Virus record (IMG/VR): IMGVR_UViG_3300025598_000020
From: a virus
Length of the DNA stretch: 64,000 nucleotides
Direction: 5' to 3' (one strand)
Below the pieces are notes generated by a model that was given only the letters and a program-made list of their open reading frames with translations, was not told the DNA's origin and ran no database searches. Positions 14,476-24,371 of the stretch are shown here, piece by piece. Every line of letters starts with the position of its first letter. The first letter of the stretch is position 1. A program made the position numbers and the translations under genes.

Positions 14476-16187
14476 TTAGTCACCTGTGAGAAGTTATTCT
14501 TCTTTTCAAATTTAACAATGGACCTAAACTTATCAAAAAGTTGGTCACCTTTATGGCTGATAACAAAAATATTTGTTTCGCTGCCCATGTCATGAATCAA
14601 TTTTAAAAATTCATCCGTACCAACACCATCTAAACTGGAATCAAATACTTCATCCAGAATCAACAAGTTGGTATTTGTTGAGTTTTTCATCTTAGCAATT
14701 TGTCGCCATGTGAACAACAAAGCCAAGTCAATACGCATCTTTTCACCTTCTGAAAAATTAGAGTAACTAAACTCATCACGGTGTCGTGACTTGATTGTTT
14801 CTTCAAAGTTTTCATTCAAGTTAAAGTTGACAAAGAAGTCCATGGCTTTTAAATACTTATTCACCAATTTATTGATGATAGGCAGATACTGCTTGATAAT
14901 CTTTGTCTTGATACCATTGTCTTTCAACAATGATGCTGCGTATTCATGATAATGTTTATCAACAGAAAGTGCTTCTTGGTCTTTCACCAATCCAGACAAT
15001 TCTGTTTTCAAGTCTTTCAACTTTTGGTTATCTTCAGTTAAGGTATCTTTCTGTTTGGAAAGAACTTCAATCTCAGCATTAAGTTTCTTTGTATACTTAT
15101 TAATGGCCGAAATGGTTGAGTTGTGCTTAACGATTTCGTTGTTATGTTCCGTAATGTGTTTAGAGATTTTCATAATATCATCTAAACGGGTTTGCAACTT
15201 ACTATATTCTTTGTTTAATTCGCACAAACCATCTTTCTGTAACAACACTTTTGCCGAATGTTCGTTGATTTGGTCTTGTTTAAAATCAGCATCAAGAACC
15301 TGTTTACAGGTCGGACAGTTATCGTTGTTGTGGTAAAAAGCAATGTCTTTTTCAACCTTCTTAATAGAAGTTTCAATCTTGGCTTCTAGTTGGAGTAACT
15401 TTTTACTTTTTGTTTCAATAGACGCTTTGTCAGCAATCTTTTTGTTCAACGCATCGATATGTTTTTGAATCAACTCAATGTCTTTTGATAGTTGTTCGGC
15501 CTGTTTCTGATTTGTCTGTATTTCTTCTTTTCTACCTACAATTTCATATTCATTGTTCTTCTTGCTTTCTTCAATGTTTTGCTTTTGCATCTGAATCTTT
15601 TCAGACACAAGTTCCATTGCATACTTGTTTTTTGTAGTTGTATCTTTGATAGCTGACATGCGTTCTTTGATAAGACCGTTCATGGCAGTAAAGATTTGAA
15701 TGTCCAACAGTTCTTCAATGATTGTTCTGCGGTCAGCAGGAGTCAACTGCATAAAAGGAACAAAAGATGCCGAACCAAGGATGACAATTTGCGTGAATGA
15801 CTTATAGTTAAACTTGAGAATAGATTTCTCTAAGAAGTCTTGGTAGTCTTTTGCCTTAGCATCTTGATTCAGTAAATTACCATTAAGATAGATTTCAAAC
15901 GTATTAGGCTTGATACCACGAATAACTTTGTAGTGTTTCTTGCCAATAGTGAATTCAATCTCAACTACAGTGTCTGAATTGTTAATTGAGTTTACAAGGT
16001 TTGGTTTATTAATCTTACGAAAAGGTTTACCAAACAAAACAAAACACAGAGCATCCAGAATTGTGGACTTGCCTGCACCATTGTTACCAATAATCAAAGT
16101 GTTGGGAGATTTATCAAGTTTGATTTCAGTAAAAGAGTTACCTGTACTTAACAAATTCTTCCAACGAATAGTCTGAAACTTTATCAT
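14472..16187 (-). CDS. gp46: Recombination endonuclease ATPase subunit (Rad50-like)
   Basis: GNNGAGKS, CPTC zinc hook, FSEGEK, LDEVFD. Confidence 0.96.
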   Translation of the reverse strand: MIKFQTIRWKNLLSTGNSFTEIKLDKSPNTLIIGNNGAGKSTILDALCFVLFGKPFRKINKPNLVNSINNSDTVVEIEFTIGKKHYKVIRGIKPNTFEIYLNGNLLNQDAKAKDYQDFLEKSILKFNYKSFTQIVILGSASFVPFMQLTPADRRTIIEELLDIQIFTAMNGLIKERMSAIKDTTTKNKYAMELVSEKIQMQKQNIEESKKNNEYEIVGRKEEIQTNQKQAEQLSKDIELIQKHIDALNKKIADKASIETKSKKLLQLEAKIETSIKKVEKDIAFYHNNDNCPTCKQVLDADFKQDQINEHSAKVLLQKDGLCELNKEYSKLQTRLDDIMKISKHITEHNNEIVKHNSTISAINKYTKKLNAEIEVLSKQKDTLTEDNQKLKDLKTELSGLVKDQEALSVDKHYHEYAASLLKDNGIKTKIIKQYLPIINKLVNKYLKAMDFFVNFNLNENFEETIKSRHRDEFSYSNFSEGEKMRIDLALLFTWRQIAKMKNSTNTNLLILDEVFDSSLDGVGTDEFLKLIHDMGSETNIFVISHKGDQLFDKFRSIVKFEKKNNFSQVTK

Positions 16188-17254
16188 GCTTGTTCTAAGT
16201 TCAAGGCCTCCACGTATAATTCACGCATCATGGATTTAAGCCTGTTATTATCAATACCTTCATTCTGTAATGCATCAACATATTTGTTAATAATAGTTAC
16301 AGTATCCTCGGCTTCATCGATTGTATCACCTTCATTATCATCTGTCAAGTCTAAAGCATCTTCAACAATGGTAATATCGAGTGGATTTACCGAATACAAA
16401 TGATTCATGTATTGGTCGAACAGATATGGATTAGTTTTGTTGGCTACCACAACCTTAACATAGGTGTTGGTATATTTGTTCATATCAATTTTTAATACAT
16501 CAGAAATTGATAAAGCTTTATCATCATAGACTAACCTGTGAAACATGACATTAGGATTTTGTATAAAATCCAACTCATAGGAATCCAAATCAAAGAAATG
16601 GAAACCACGAGGATCAGCGTAATCTTGCCAGGTAAGTTCATATGGATTACCAAGATATTGAATATTCCCATTGTTAGACCTATGGTGATAGTGGCCGCTA
16701 AAAACATGGTCAAAAGTTCTAAAAACATTTCTATCTAATCCTTCTTCTGAAGGCATGCCACGGTGCATGGCAAAACCTGCAATTTCAAAATGGCCCATAC
16801 ACACCTTGGCCTTTGTGTTATTAATTTCATACATACAATCTTGGTAATTTTCTGGACAAATCCAAGGTATCATACAGATATCATTACCATCTACGTTAAT
16901 TGTTTGTGGTGTATCAATGACTGTAACATTACTATACTCACGCAACAACAAGTCTACTGAATTAACGTCATTAGTGTTTTTAAAATAAGTATCATGATTG
17001 CCAGCCAACATGTATACTTGAATATTCTTTTCTGCAAGCACATCGAAGAACATCTCCTTTGTTCGTTTTAGAGAATAAAAATTAACGTACTTACGTCTAT
17101 CAAAAGTATCGCCAAGTATAAGCAAATTGGTAATGCCACAATTATCCAGATTAGTAAAAAAAGTATCTCTATAAAACTTTTCATAGTAGTCCAAAAAGTG
17201 TGTTGAGTCATTTCGTGCTCCAAAGTGGGTATCTGTTATAATTCCAACCTTCAT
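16184..17254 (-). CDS. gp47: Recombination endonuclease nuclease subunit (Mre11-like)
   Basis: DTHFG, GDTFD, GNHD and GHYH motifs. Confidence 0.96.
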   Translation of the reverse strand: MKVGIITDTHFGARNDSTHFLDYYEKFYRDTFFTNLDNCGITNLLILGDTFDRRKYVNFYSLKRTKEMFFDVLAEKNIQVYMLAGNHDTYFKNTNDVNSVDLLLREYSNVTVIDTPQTINVDGNDICMIPWICPENYQDCMYEINNTKAKVCMGHFEIAGFAMHRGMPSEEGLDRNVFRTFDHVFSGHYHHRSNNGNIQYLGNPYELTWQDYADPRGFHFFDLDSYELDFIQNPNVMFHRLVYDDKALSISDVLKIDMNKYTNTYVKVVVANKTNPYLFDQYMNHLYSVNPLDITIVEDALDLTDDNEGDTIDEAEDTVTIINKYVDALQNEGIDNNRLKSMMRELYVEALNLEQA

Positions 17255-17784
17255 AATATGATTTTATGACCTTTCTTTCGGTTTTCTGTTCGTGTCAAAA
17301 TTTTTAAGTTATCTTGATGGTGTAATCCACCAGCAGCAATAGGAATAATATGATCCACTTCATGTGGTATTCCTGTTTCTAAACTAAGATTACGACATTC
17401 TTCATATATCTTTTTAATCATATCAAAATTTGCATCATTTGGCAATTGATTTTTAACTCTGGCCCTTCTTTTTGCCGCTTTGGTCGTATTTGCAATTTTA
17501 CCTTTTTCCGATTGGTTATACTTTTTATCAATCTCTTTTGCTTTATCTTTATTGTTTTCCCAGTATAATTGAACTTTTTCTTTTGTTCTATACTTAGACA
17601 TTAAGTTTTTGTCATATAACTTGGGTAAATTTCGTTTTACATTACATTCAACACAACTATAACTTGAAACATGTTTTTTTGTTGAACCACAAATTTTACA
17701 TGGAATACCATCGTAAATTTTTTCGCCGTTGTTTATAGCGTTTAATCTATTTTCTTTAGAAGATGATGGAAATTGATTAGGCAT
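17251..17784 (-). mobile_element. Free-standing HNH homing endonuclease
   Basis: CxxC pairs and EVDHIIPIAAGGLHHQDNL...EN; TATAAATA late promoter at 17816-17809. Confidence 0.85.
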
Positions 17785-17829
17785 AAATGCTCCAAAGTGT
17801 GTATGTTTTATTTATACATTTTGGTGCTT

Positions 17830-18354
17830 TCATTCTAAAAAGTTTTCAATACCCTTTGGTTTTTTGGTAGACTTTTTATCGTCTTTCTTTTTCTGTTGGC
17901 CTTCTTCATAGTTCTCAATGAACTCAGCAATGTTATCATACAGTTCAAACTGCCTGTTACCACCACCCTCAGTTTCCAACATTTCAAATTCATCCAAAAT
18001 ACCAAGCTGTTCCGTAGATTTGTACTTCACATAGAGTTGTTTTTTCTCTTTCTGAATCCTACGTAAGAATGCATAATATATGATTTGAGTGAAATAGGCA
18101 AATGGATTCTTTGACTTAGTAGGATCAAAGTTCTCAAAGTACATGAGACAATTTTCAATACCATCTCCTATCATATCTTCTCTGTGAGGATAATTGATGA
18201 AGTTAGGTTTATGTGATAGTCCTTCGGCAATCTTCATCCAACATTCACCAATATAATTTGGTATTGGTTCATTAGGATTGGTAACTTTACGTTCCTTATA
18301 GGCAATTAAAGCTTGTAGAAAGTCTGCGTTGTTGATGTAATGTTTAGTGCTCAT
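17830..18354 (-). CDS. gp55: Late-transcription sigma factor
   Basis: HYINNADF, PNFINY, NPFAYFTQIIYYAFLRRIQKEKK. Confidence 0.96.
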   Translation of the reverse strand: MSTKHYINNADFLQALIAYKERKVTNPNEPIPNYIGECWMKIAEGLSHKPNFINYPHREDMIGDGIENCLMYFENFDPTKSKNPFAYFTQIIYYAFLRRIQKEKKQLYVKYKSTEQLGILDEFEMLETEGGGNRQFELYDNIAEFIENYEEGQQKKKDDKKSTKKPKGIENFLE

Positions 18355-18424
18355 TCAAATATACCATAATTTTTGTTGACAAATCGCTTGACAAGTGTTA
18401 AAGTCTCGGTGTTGACCATTGAGA

Positions 18425-18823
18425 TTAATGAATTGTTTTACCTTCTGTATCAACTTCCATGTTCTCAAAAGCTTGGACAATTAGTCCTTTAATTCTTTCA
18501 CTAAGTTCTTCTTGAACTTCTTCATGGAACTCACTTTCAGATTCCATTCTTTTGAGATTATCTACAGAGTTTTCATAGTATTCAGCAAAGTCTTCGGTTG
18601 GTGTTGTGATAAACAAAATATCTTTGTTGTTTAAAATAACTTCATTCTTTTGTACCAGTTGTTGAGGTAAGAAAAAACTCAACATGATGTGAGAGGTTGT
18701 ACCTCTGTTTGTCACATCAAATATCATTGGGTCAGTCAAAAGATAATGGCCTTCCATTATTTCTTCTATAACACTAATGATATCACTTCCATTTTGTAGT
18801 CGGACAAGTTTTACATTGTTCAT
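18425..18823 (-). CDS. Hypothetical protein of T4-like phages (possible Sm-like fold)
   Basis: VKLVRLQNGSDII start; lies between uvsW and gp55. Confidence 0.6.
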   Translation of the reverse strand: MNNVKLVRLQNGSDIISVIEEIMEGHYLLTDPMIFDVTNRGTTSHIMLSFFLPQQLVQKNEVILNNKDILFITTPTEDFAEYYENSVDNLKRMESESEFHEEVQEELSERIKGLIVQAFENMEVDTEGKTIH

Positions 18824-20310
18824 TTTTTTAGTCCTATCTTGTAAGTTTTAAATGGAAACTTCTCTTCCGTATATATCTTCACTCGTTCCACAAAATGTCG
18901 TAATGTAAAATTCATATGTTTTCCAACCCTCATATCATCTGCAATATCATACAATGTGGCAATTTCTTTACCTTCTGAGTTTCTAAGTCCACGGCCAATA
19001 GACTGTAGGTTTCTCACTCTGCTTTTAGACGGAGATGCAAAGATAATATTATGAAGGTTCTTAATGTTAATACCGGTACTAAATGTACCAAAAGATGCCA
19101 CAATAATGGCATCATTTTCTAACTCCATAATCCTTCTGATTTCTTCTCTGTCCTCTGTGTCTGTTCCACCGTGGACAAAAAATACTTTTCGATTACCTAT
19201 CTTCTCCGTATTCTTAATCATATTATACAGGAGCTTGCCATGTTTATCAACCATTTGATATAATATTAATGTATTATTACCTAAACTAACCGCTAGATTT
19301 TTAATGAATTTATTTCTAGCCTCACATGCAATTAGGTACTGAATTTCTTCTTGATAATCTGCCTTCTTCATTTCATCACAAACATCTTCAGGATGTTTCA
19401 ATATCAAGCATTTAATTTCAAAAGAAGAAGCAATCTTCTTATCAATCATCTCCTTAGTGGTGATTACTTTCTCCACTGGCCCAAATAAACCCTCTAATAC
19501 TAACTTGTGTGTTTTAGTACCATCAAGTGTTCCAGTAAGTCCTATGCGATATTTGGTATTGATACATGCAGTAAGAATTGAAGTTAATGATTGTGCCTTG
19601 AATAAGTGTGCTTCATCACCAATGATATAATCAAACTGTTCAAAGTATTGTGTAGGCATTTTATACAATGACTGCCATGTGGAGATAGTTACAGGTAAAT
19701 CGGTGTGTTTTTCTTTACCCTGATATATTTTGTGTACATTTTTTTCAGAATCCCAGCCATAGTCTTCAAAATCTTTAGAAAGTTGTTCAACCAAAGATGT
19801 TGTTGGTACAATAATAAGGCCTTTGAGTTGTTGATAATCAAATAGTTGTCTCACCAACATATAAATGATTAAAGATTTACCTGAAGCCGTTGGTGAAATA
19901 AGCATTGCACGGCGACTTTGCATTGCATGAATAAATGCATTTATTTGGTGGTCGTGAACCTCAAATGGTAGACCTAGAGTTTCAATAAACTTCTTAGCAT
20001 GATATAAAGAGAATTCATCTTCCACAAAGTTGTGTGAGAACGCATAATCTCTTTCGGTGCAGAATTCTTCAAGGTATCTTAATAGACCAATGTAAAGATT
20101 GTTGTTTCTCAGGTCAAACAAACGAATCTTGCCATCCCAGATTCTGTTTCTGAATGCTGGAACAAATTGATGGCCTGGTACAAAAAATGTGAAGAAGTCT
20201 GACAATTCTTGCGCCACATGACGTTCACATTTTACTTTGAGATAAACCTCATTAACTTTGGTTATCTCTAGGTGTTCTTTATTGTCCTCCAATGAATCTC
20301 TCCCAATCAA
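18820..20310 (-). CDS. uvsW: SF2 DNA helicase UvsW
   Basis: PTASGKS, DEAH, TGT, QSIGRGLR. Confidence 0.95.
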   Translation of the reverse strand: MIGRDSLEDNKEHLEITKVNEVYLKVKCERHVAQELSDFFTFFVPGHQFVPAFRNRIWDGKIRLFDLRNNNLYIGLLRYLEEFCTERDYAFSHNFVEDEFSLYHAKKFIETLGLPFEVHDHQINAFIHAMQSRRAMLISPTASGKSLIIYMLVRQLFDYQQLKGLIIVPTTSLVEQLSKDFEDYGWDSEKNVHKIYQGKEKHTDLPVTISTWQSLYKMPTQYFEQFDYIIGDEAHLFKAQSLTSILTACINTKYRIGLTGTLDGTKTHKLVLEGLFGPVEKVITTKEMIDKKIASSFEIKCLILKHPEDVCDEMKKADYQEEIQYLIACEARNKFIKNLAVSLGNNTLILYQMVDKHGKLLYNMIKNTEKIGNRKVFFVHGGTDTEDREEIRRIMELENDAIIVASFGTFSTGINIKNLHNIIFASPSKSRVRNLQSIGRGLRNSEGKEIATLYDIADDMRVGKHMNFTLRHFVERVKIYTEEKFPFKTYKIGLKK

Positions 20311-20713
20311 TATAAGACTTCAATTCCCATGCACGTTGTTTGATTTCACCCATGATAGACTCTACCACGGTTACCACTTCTTCATGGTAAATCTTTTTTT
20401 CTAGTAGTTTGATTAGGTCTTGGTCAGATTCTAGGTAAAATGAAATGTCAGACTTGAGTGTGAATCGGAATGGCTCCCAACCTTGTTCATCCAATTCTTC
20501 TTGTGACATTTTGCCTGTATAGTATTCCCATTTGAGTTTACGCATACGCAAGTAATCAAAGTTGGCTTTCTTTGCAGCCATTTTATTCTTAATCAGAACG
20601 TCAATGTACTTACTGTGTAGTTTTGGGATTTTTAGGAGTTCTTTGCCGGGTTCCGTTTGGTCAATATCGGCGTCAGATTCCCAGGACTTTAAGATTTCAT
20701 CAAGTTTGTTCAT
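20279..20713 (-). CDS. uvsY: Recombination mediator UvsY
   Basis: IPKLHSKY, WEYYTGK, IDWERF. Confidence 0.9.
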   Translation of the reverse strand: MNKLDEILKSWESDADIDQTEPGKELLKIPKLHSKYIDVLIKNKMAAKKANFDYLRMRKLKWEYYTGKMSQEELDEQGWEPFRFTLKSDISFYLESDQDLIKLLEKKIYHEEVVTVVESIMGEIKQRAWELKSYIDWERFIGGQ

Positions 20714-20728
20714 AATATAAAAGTAAAG

Positions 20729-21256
20729 TTAATAATTTTCTATATCAAAGTATTCGTATCTGAATGTTGCATTTGCTGTTATGATTGTGTCAGCAGACTC
20801 TTTTGTGTCAAACTGAATATCCGACAATGAGACCGGAAACATTCTATGAAATTTTATACTAATCAATGGATTATTTAGTGCTGACATTACGGTCAAATTT
20901 GAATCAGAATAATAACTATCTGTTGCCGTAAATGTGTTTTGTAACTGATTATTCAGTGCTCTATCAGCCAAACTTTTTGGTGATGCAATGGCTAACATCC
21001 ATTTATATAACTCAATCCAAGACTGAGCTTGTTCATCAACCATAAAAGTAACATTGAATTCATTGTAATTAATTTTGGTTCCTGCAATAGGAACATTCAC
21101 TAATGGTGTATTGAATTCGGTTGTACCGATGCTTGCACCAGGTAAGTTTGCTTCCTGGCAGAAATACTGAACCGTTGGCAGTCTATTGAATGCCAATATA
21201 AATTTTGACGGTTGTAAAAAATTGGTGTTAGCTGGTGTTCTGTTTAATGCTGTCAT
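20729..21256 (-). CDS. gp3: Tail completion / tube terminator protein
   Basis: NFLQPSKF, YFCQEANLPG, FPVSLSDIQFD. Confidence 0.88.
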   Translation of the reverse strand: MTALNRTPANTNFLQPSKFILAFNRLPTVQYFCQEANLPGASIGTTEFNTPLVNVPIAGTKINYNEFNVTFMVDEQAQSWIELYKWMLAIASPKSLADRALNNQLQNTFTATDSYYSDSNLTVMSALNNPLISIKFHRMFPVSLSDIQFDTKESADTIITANATFRYEYFDIENY

Positions 21257-21274
21257 ACATCTATTTAGGACACC

Positions 21275-21304
21275 AAAAAACCGCCCGAAGGCGGTTCTTT
21301 TTTT
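21275..21304. terminator. Bidirectional intrinsic terminator
   Basis: CCGCC-CGAA-GGCGG stem flanked by A and T tracts. Confidence 0.8.
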
Positions 21305-21419
21305 ACTTTATCTGCGTAGTAAAAGACACAGGCACATCAATTTTTACAGGTTGTTTTACAAACCTTTGAACTAATTTTTGAATAAATTCTTTAATTAGTT
21401 CCATGATATATCTAATCAT
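21303..21419 (-). CDS. 38-aa small protein (not in ORF track)
   Basis: MIRYIMELIKEFIQKLVQRFVKQPVKIDVPVSFTTQIK fills the gap between the 21421 stop and the terminator. Confidence 0.45.
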   Translation of the reverse strand: MIRYIMELIKEFIQKLVQRFVKQPVKIDVPVSFTTQIK

Positions 21420-21420
21420 A

Positions 21421-22176
21421 TTACTTTACTTCAACAGACAATGAAGCAGGAACATCAACAGAAACTTCAACTGCTGGTGCAGGAGTTGGTTCTGCTGCAA
21501 CTGCTGTGGCAATTGCTGCTGTAGTTTCTGGTGTTGGTTCTGTACCTGTAGCGGCAGTAACAACGGCTGCAACTGCTGCTGCGGCTTGTTCTTGTGCTGC
21601 TGGATCAGTTACTGCTGGTGCTGCTGCAACTGCGGCAACGATTGCTGCTGTAACTGCTTCAGGACTTGTAACTGTTTCTGCTGGTGCTGTTGCAACTGCT
21701 GCGACTGCGGCTGTAGCTGCTGCGGCTGCTGTTGGTTCTTCAATTGCTGGTGCTTCAGCTTGTGCTGTTGCAACTGCTGTAACAACTGCGGCAGCTTCTG
21801 GATGGTCAGCTGCAGGAGAAGCATCTACAACTGCTTGAACAGCAGCTGCGGTTTCTTCTGGTGTTGCTGCTGGTGCTGCTACAACTGCTGCAACGGCATC
21901 AACAACTTCTGCTGGTGCAGGTTCTACTGCTGGCGCTGGAGCTGCAATTGTAACTGAACCTGTGATTTGTGCACCCAAAGCATTACCAGATTTATCAAAT
22001 GTTTGTGCTGTAATAGCAAATTCGCCTGCTTCAACATTTTCAAATGTAGCAACATATGGTGCTGCTGTTAAAACTTGGTCTGGTGCACCAGCCAAAGTAA
22101 CTTTGATACCGGCTGTTTCTGTGCCGGCTGGAAATTGTTGTTCTTGAGAAACAACTGTAACGACTACTGTAGACAT
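21421..22176 (-). CDS. Ala/Pro/Thr/Glu-rich protein with N-terminal Ig-like beta domain
   Basis: AAGGAG Shine-Dalgarno; ~80-aa beta-rich N-terminus then a low-complexity stalk. Confidence 0.65.
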   Translation of the reverse strand: MSTVVVTVVSQEQQFPAGTETAGIKVTLAGAPDQVLTAAPYVATFENVEAGEFAITAQTFDKSGNALGAQITGSVTIAAPAPAVEPAPAEVVDAVAAVVAAPAATPEETAAAVQAVVDASPAADHPEAAAVVTAVATAQAEAPAIEEPTAAAAATAAVAAVATAPAETVTSPEAVTAAIVAAVAAAPAVTDPAAQEQAAAAVAAVVTAATGTEPTPETTAAIATAVAAEPTPAPAVEVSVDVPASLSVEVK

Positions 22177-22223
22177 AATAACTCCTTTATAAAGTGGTAC
22201 GGAAACTCTCCATACCCAAATAT

Positions 22224-22850
22224 TTAGGTAGGATCAATGTTTCCGAATAATGACAAACAAATCTTTACACACTTCCATCCTTTGTGTTGTTTCAATATGC
22301 CTTGGGAAACTTTGACCATATTTCCTTGGTCTAAACCGTTGTTCTTACAAAATTCTCTTAAATTATTGATGGTGTGTGTTGTGCCTTGGGGTGACGTTAC
22401 GTTCCAACTTTTTGATAAAGCTTTTGATACGGAATCTTTTTGTGACTGTGGTTGTTTAAACCCTATTCTGCTTAATCTCAATTTCTCAACATCATATACA
22501 CCAGAGTTCCACCTTTGTTTTGCCTTATCACTATTTTTTTTGTTTGATTCTATTGTGTGTTTATCAAACCCACCATCCAATCCATTTTCGTTTTTTAAAT
22601 TTGCCCATTCTGTTGATTCCACAATGTTGTTGTCTTTTGAAAAATTCAAAGCAAATTTTTCCAAATCATTCTTGTCTGTGAATAGTTGACACCAAATTGT
22701 TTCAACATGTTGTTCGCCGTGTTTTTTGATATGTTTTTTCCAATATTTACCTGATCCCAGGTATTCTATTGGACTTTTTTTGGTCGTTTTACCAAAATAT
22801 TTCAATTTGGTTAATGTGTGCTGCTTTATGTACAGATATGTTGGTTTCAT
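22224..22850 (-). mobile_element. GIY-YIG-like (Seg-type) free-standing homing endonuclease
   Basis: YLYIK...KYFGKT, YLGSGKYW, C-terminal NUMOD-like HKGWKC; directly downstream of gp23. Confidence 0.75.
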
Positions 22851-22887
22851 TTTAATAATTGTTAAGAACTATATGTATTTATCAAAC

Positions 22888-22916
22888 AAAAAAAGGGAAT
22901 CTTGCGATTCCCTTTT
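22888..22916 (-). terminator. Terminator after the major capsid gene
   Basis: AAAAGGGAATC-GCAA-GATTCCCTTTT plus T tract. Confidence 0.85.
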
Positions 22917-22971
22917 GAATTGTCACTCTTTTTGGTGACTTTACTATATTTTTACATATAGTTTTAAACCA

Positions 22972-24333
22972 TCACATTAGGTTTTTAACTGCGAACAGTC
23001 TATAGTAAACGTTAGATTGTGCATCTAAACGACCGTTACCAGCTGTTAGACCTTCTGCAAATGGGTTTGCAACCATACCGTAACGGGTTTTGAAACCAAT
23101 TTTTGGTTGGAAGGTGAATTGGTCAACTGCACGAACCATTTGTAGAGGAACGTATGGGCAGTAGAACAAACCAGCGTCATAAGGCGAAGAACCTTTATAA
23201 CCGATTGTAACTAATTCTTGGTTAGATGTGTAACCACCATAATATGGATCGATGTACACTTTGATACGACCATGCAACATACCAGCAAATGTATTGCCTG
23301 TATCGTCAACTTGTAGGTCAGCTTGTAGGGATGGAGTGTAAGACAACACACCAGCCATAGCCATAGCGGAAGCAACGTCTGAAGAAACAATCAGAACGTT
23401 ACCTTTGCCTCTACGAGTTTGTTTTGCAATAACGTTAGCATCACGTTCGATTTGGAAAATCAAACCTTTGAAACGTTCAACAGACCAACGACCGTTGGAG
23501 TCTGTATCCAAGTCAAAGTAACCAGCTGTTGTTGTACCGTATTGAGCACCAATCTTAGCAGTTGTATAGATTGTACGGATAACTTCTCGGTTAATTTCAG
23601 CAAGAATTTCTGTAGACAGAATGTTAGACAATTCTGTTTCAGCGTCAAGGCCGTGAATTGCTTTCAAGTCTTGTGCTAGTTCTAGAGAATATTCAGCTTT
23701 CAATGCACGGCTAGATGCAGTAACAGTAACTTTCTCGATAGAGAATGCCATTTGTTGGAACACTGCGTTAGCATCAGAACCTAGGTATTCAGCAATGCTT
23801 GTTGGCATAGCAGTACCAGTTGTGATTGTGTTAGCACCAGCAACTGCTGTTTGTGTGTTAGACAATGTATCGCTTACACCAGCAGCATCACCTCTGAAAG
23901 CTTGTTGACCACCGTAGGTAGAACCGTAGTTGGTATAAGAAGTGTTACCAGAGAAGATTGTGTTAGCTTCGTTATAAAAAGCTTCAGAACCTTGTTGGTT
24001 GCTGTAACGAGCACGCATTGCGAAGATTAGGCCTGTAGGACCTGTCATTGGCTGAACGCCTGCAACGTCATAAGCAATCAAGTTAGGCAATGAACGGCGA
24101 ACCAAACTGATTAAGATTGGGTCGAAGTTGCTGATACCAGAACCAGTAACGTTAGTTGGACCTGGATCGGATGCAGTTTCGTTCAACATACGACGGTCTT
24201 GAGCCATCGCTTGTGCTTGGTTTTCCAATACTAGAGCGGTAACGCTTCTTTTGTATGGGTCTTTAATGGATTCCAATTCTGGGTGTTCCAAGATTGGTTC
24301 CCATTTCTTTTGTAGTTCTTCTGTCATGAACAT
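22972..24333 (-). CDS. gp23: Major capsid protein
   Basis: FDPILISLVRR, GVQPMTGPTGLIFAMR, ELAQDLKAIHGLDAE, FQPKIGFKTRYG. Confidence 0.98.
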   Translation of the reverse strand: MFMTEELQKKWEPILEHPELESIKDPYKRSVTALVLENQAQAMAQDRRMLNETASDPGPTNVTGSGISNFDPILISLVRRSLPNLIAYDVAGVQPMTGPTGLIFAMRARYSNQQGSEAFYNEANTIFSGNTSYTNYGSTYGGQQAFRGDAAGVSDTLSNTQTAVAGANTITTGTAMPTSIAEYLGSDANAVFQQMAFSIEKVTVTASSRALKAEYSLELAQDLKAIHGLDAETELSNILSTEILAEINREVIRTIYTTAKIGAQYGTTTAGYFDLDTDSNGRWSVERFKGLIFQIERDANVIAKQTRRGKGNVLIVSSDVASAMAMAGVLSYTPSLQADLQVDDTGNTFAGMLHGRIKVYIDPYYGGYTSNQELVTIGYKGSSPYDAGLFYCPYVPLQMVRAVDQFTFQPKIGFKTRYGMVANPFAEGLTAGNGRLDAQSNVYYRLFAVKNLM

Positions 24334-24371
24334 GTGAATGTCTCCTATTGTTTAACTTAAATTTTTATTGA

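Noticed and set aside
21506-21957. Cys-rich and Ala-rich plus-strand ORFs and a Gln-rich alternate frame
   Set aside because: Shadows of the GCA/GCT-rich low-complexity minus-strand gene
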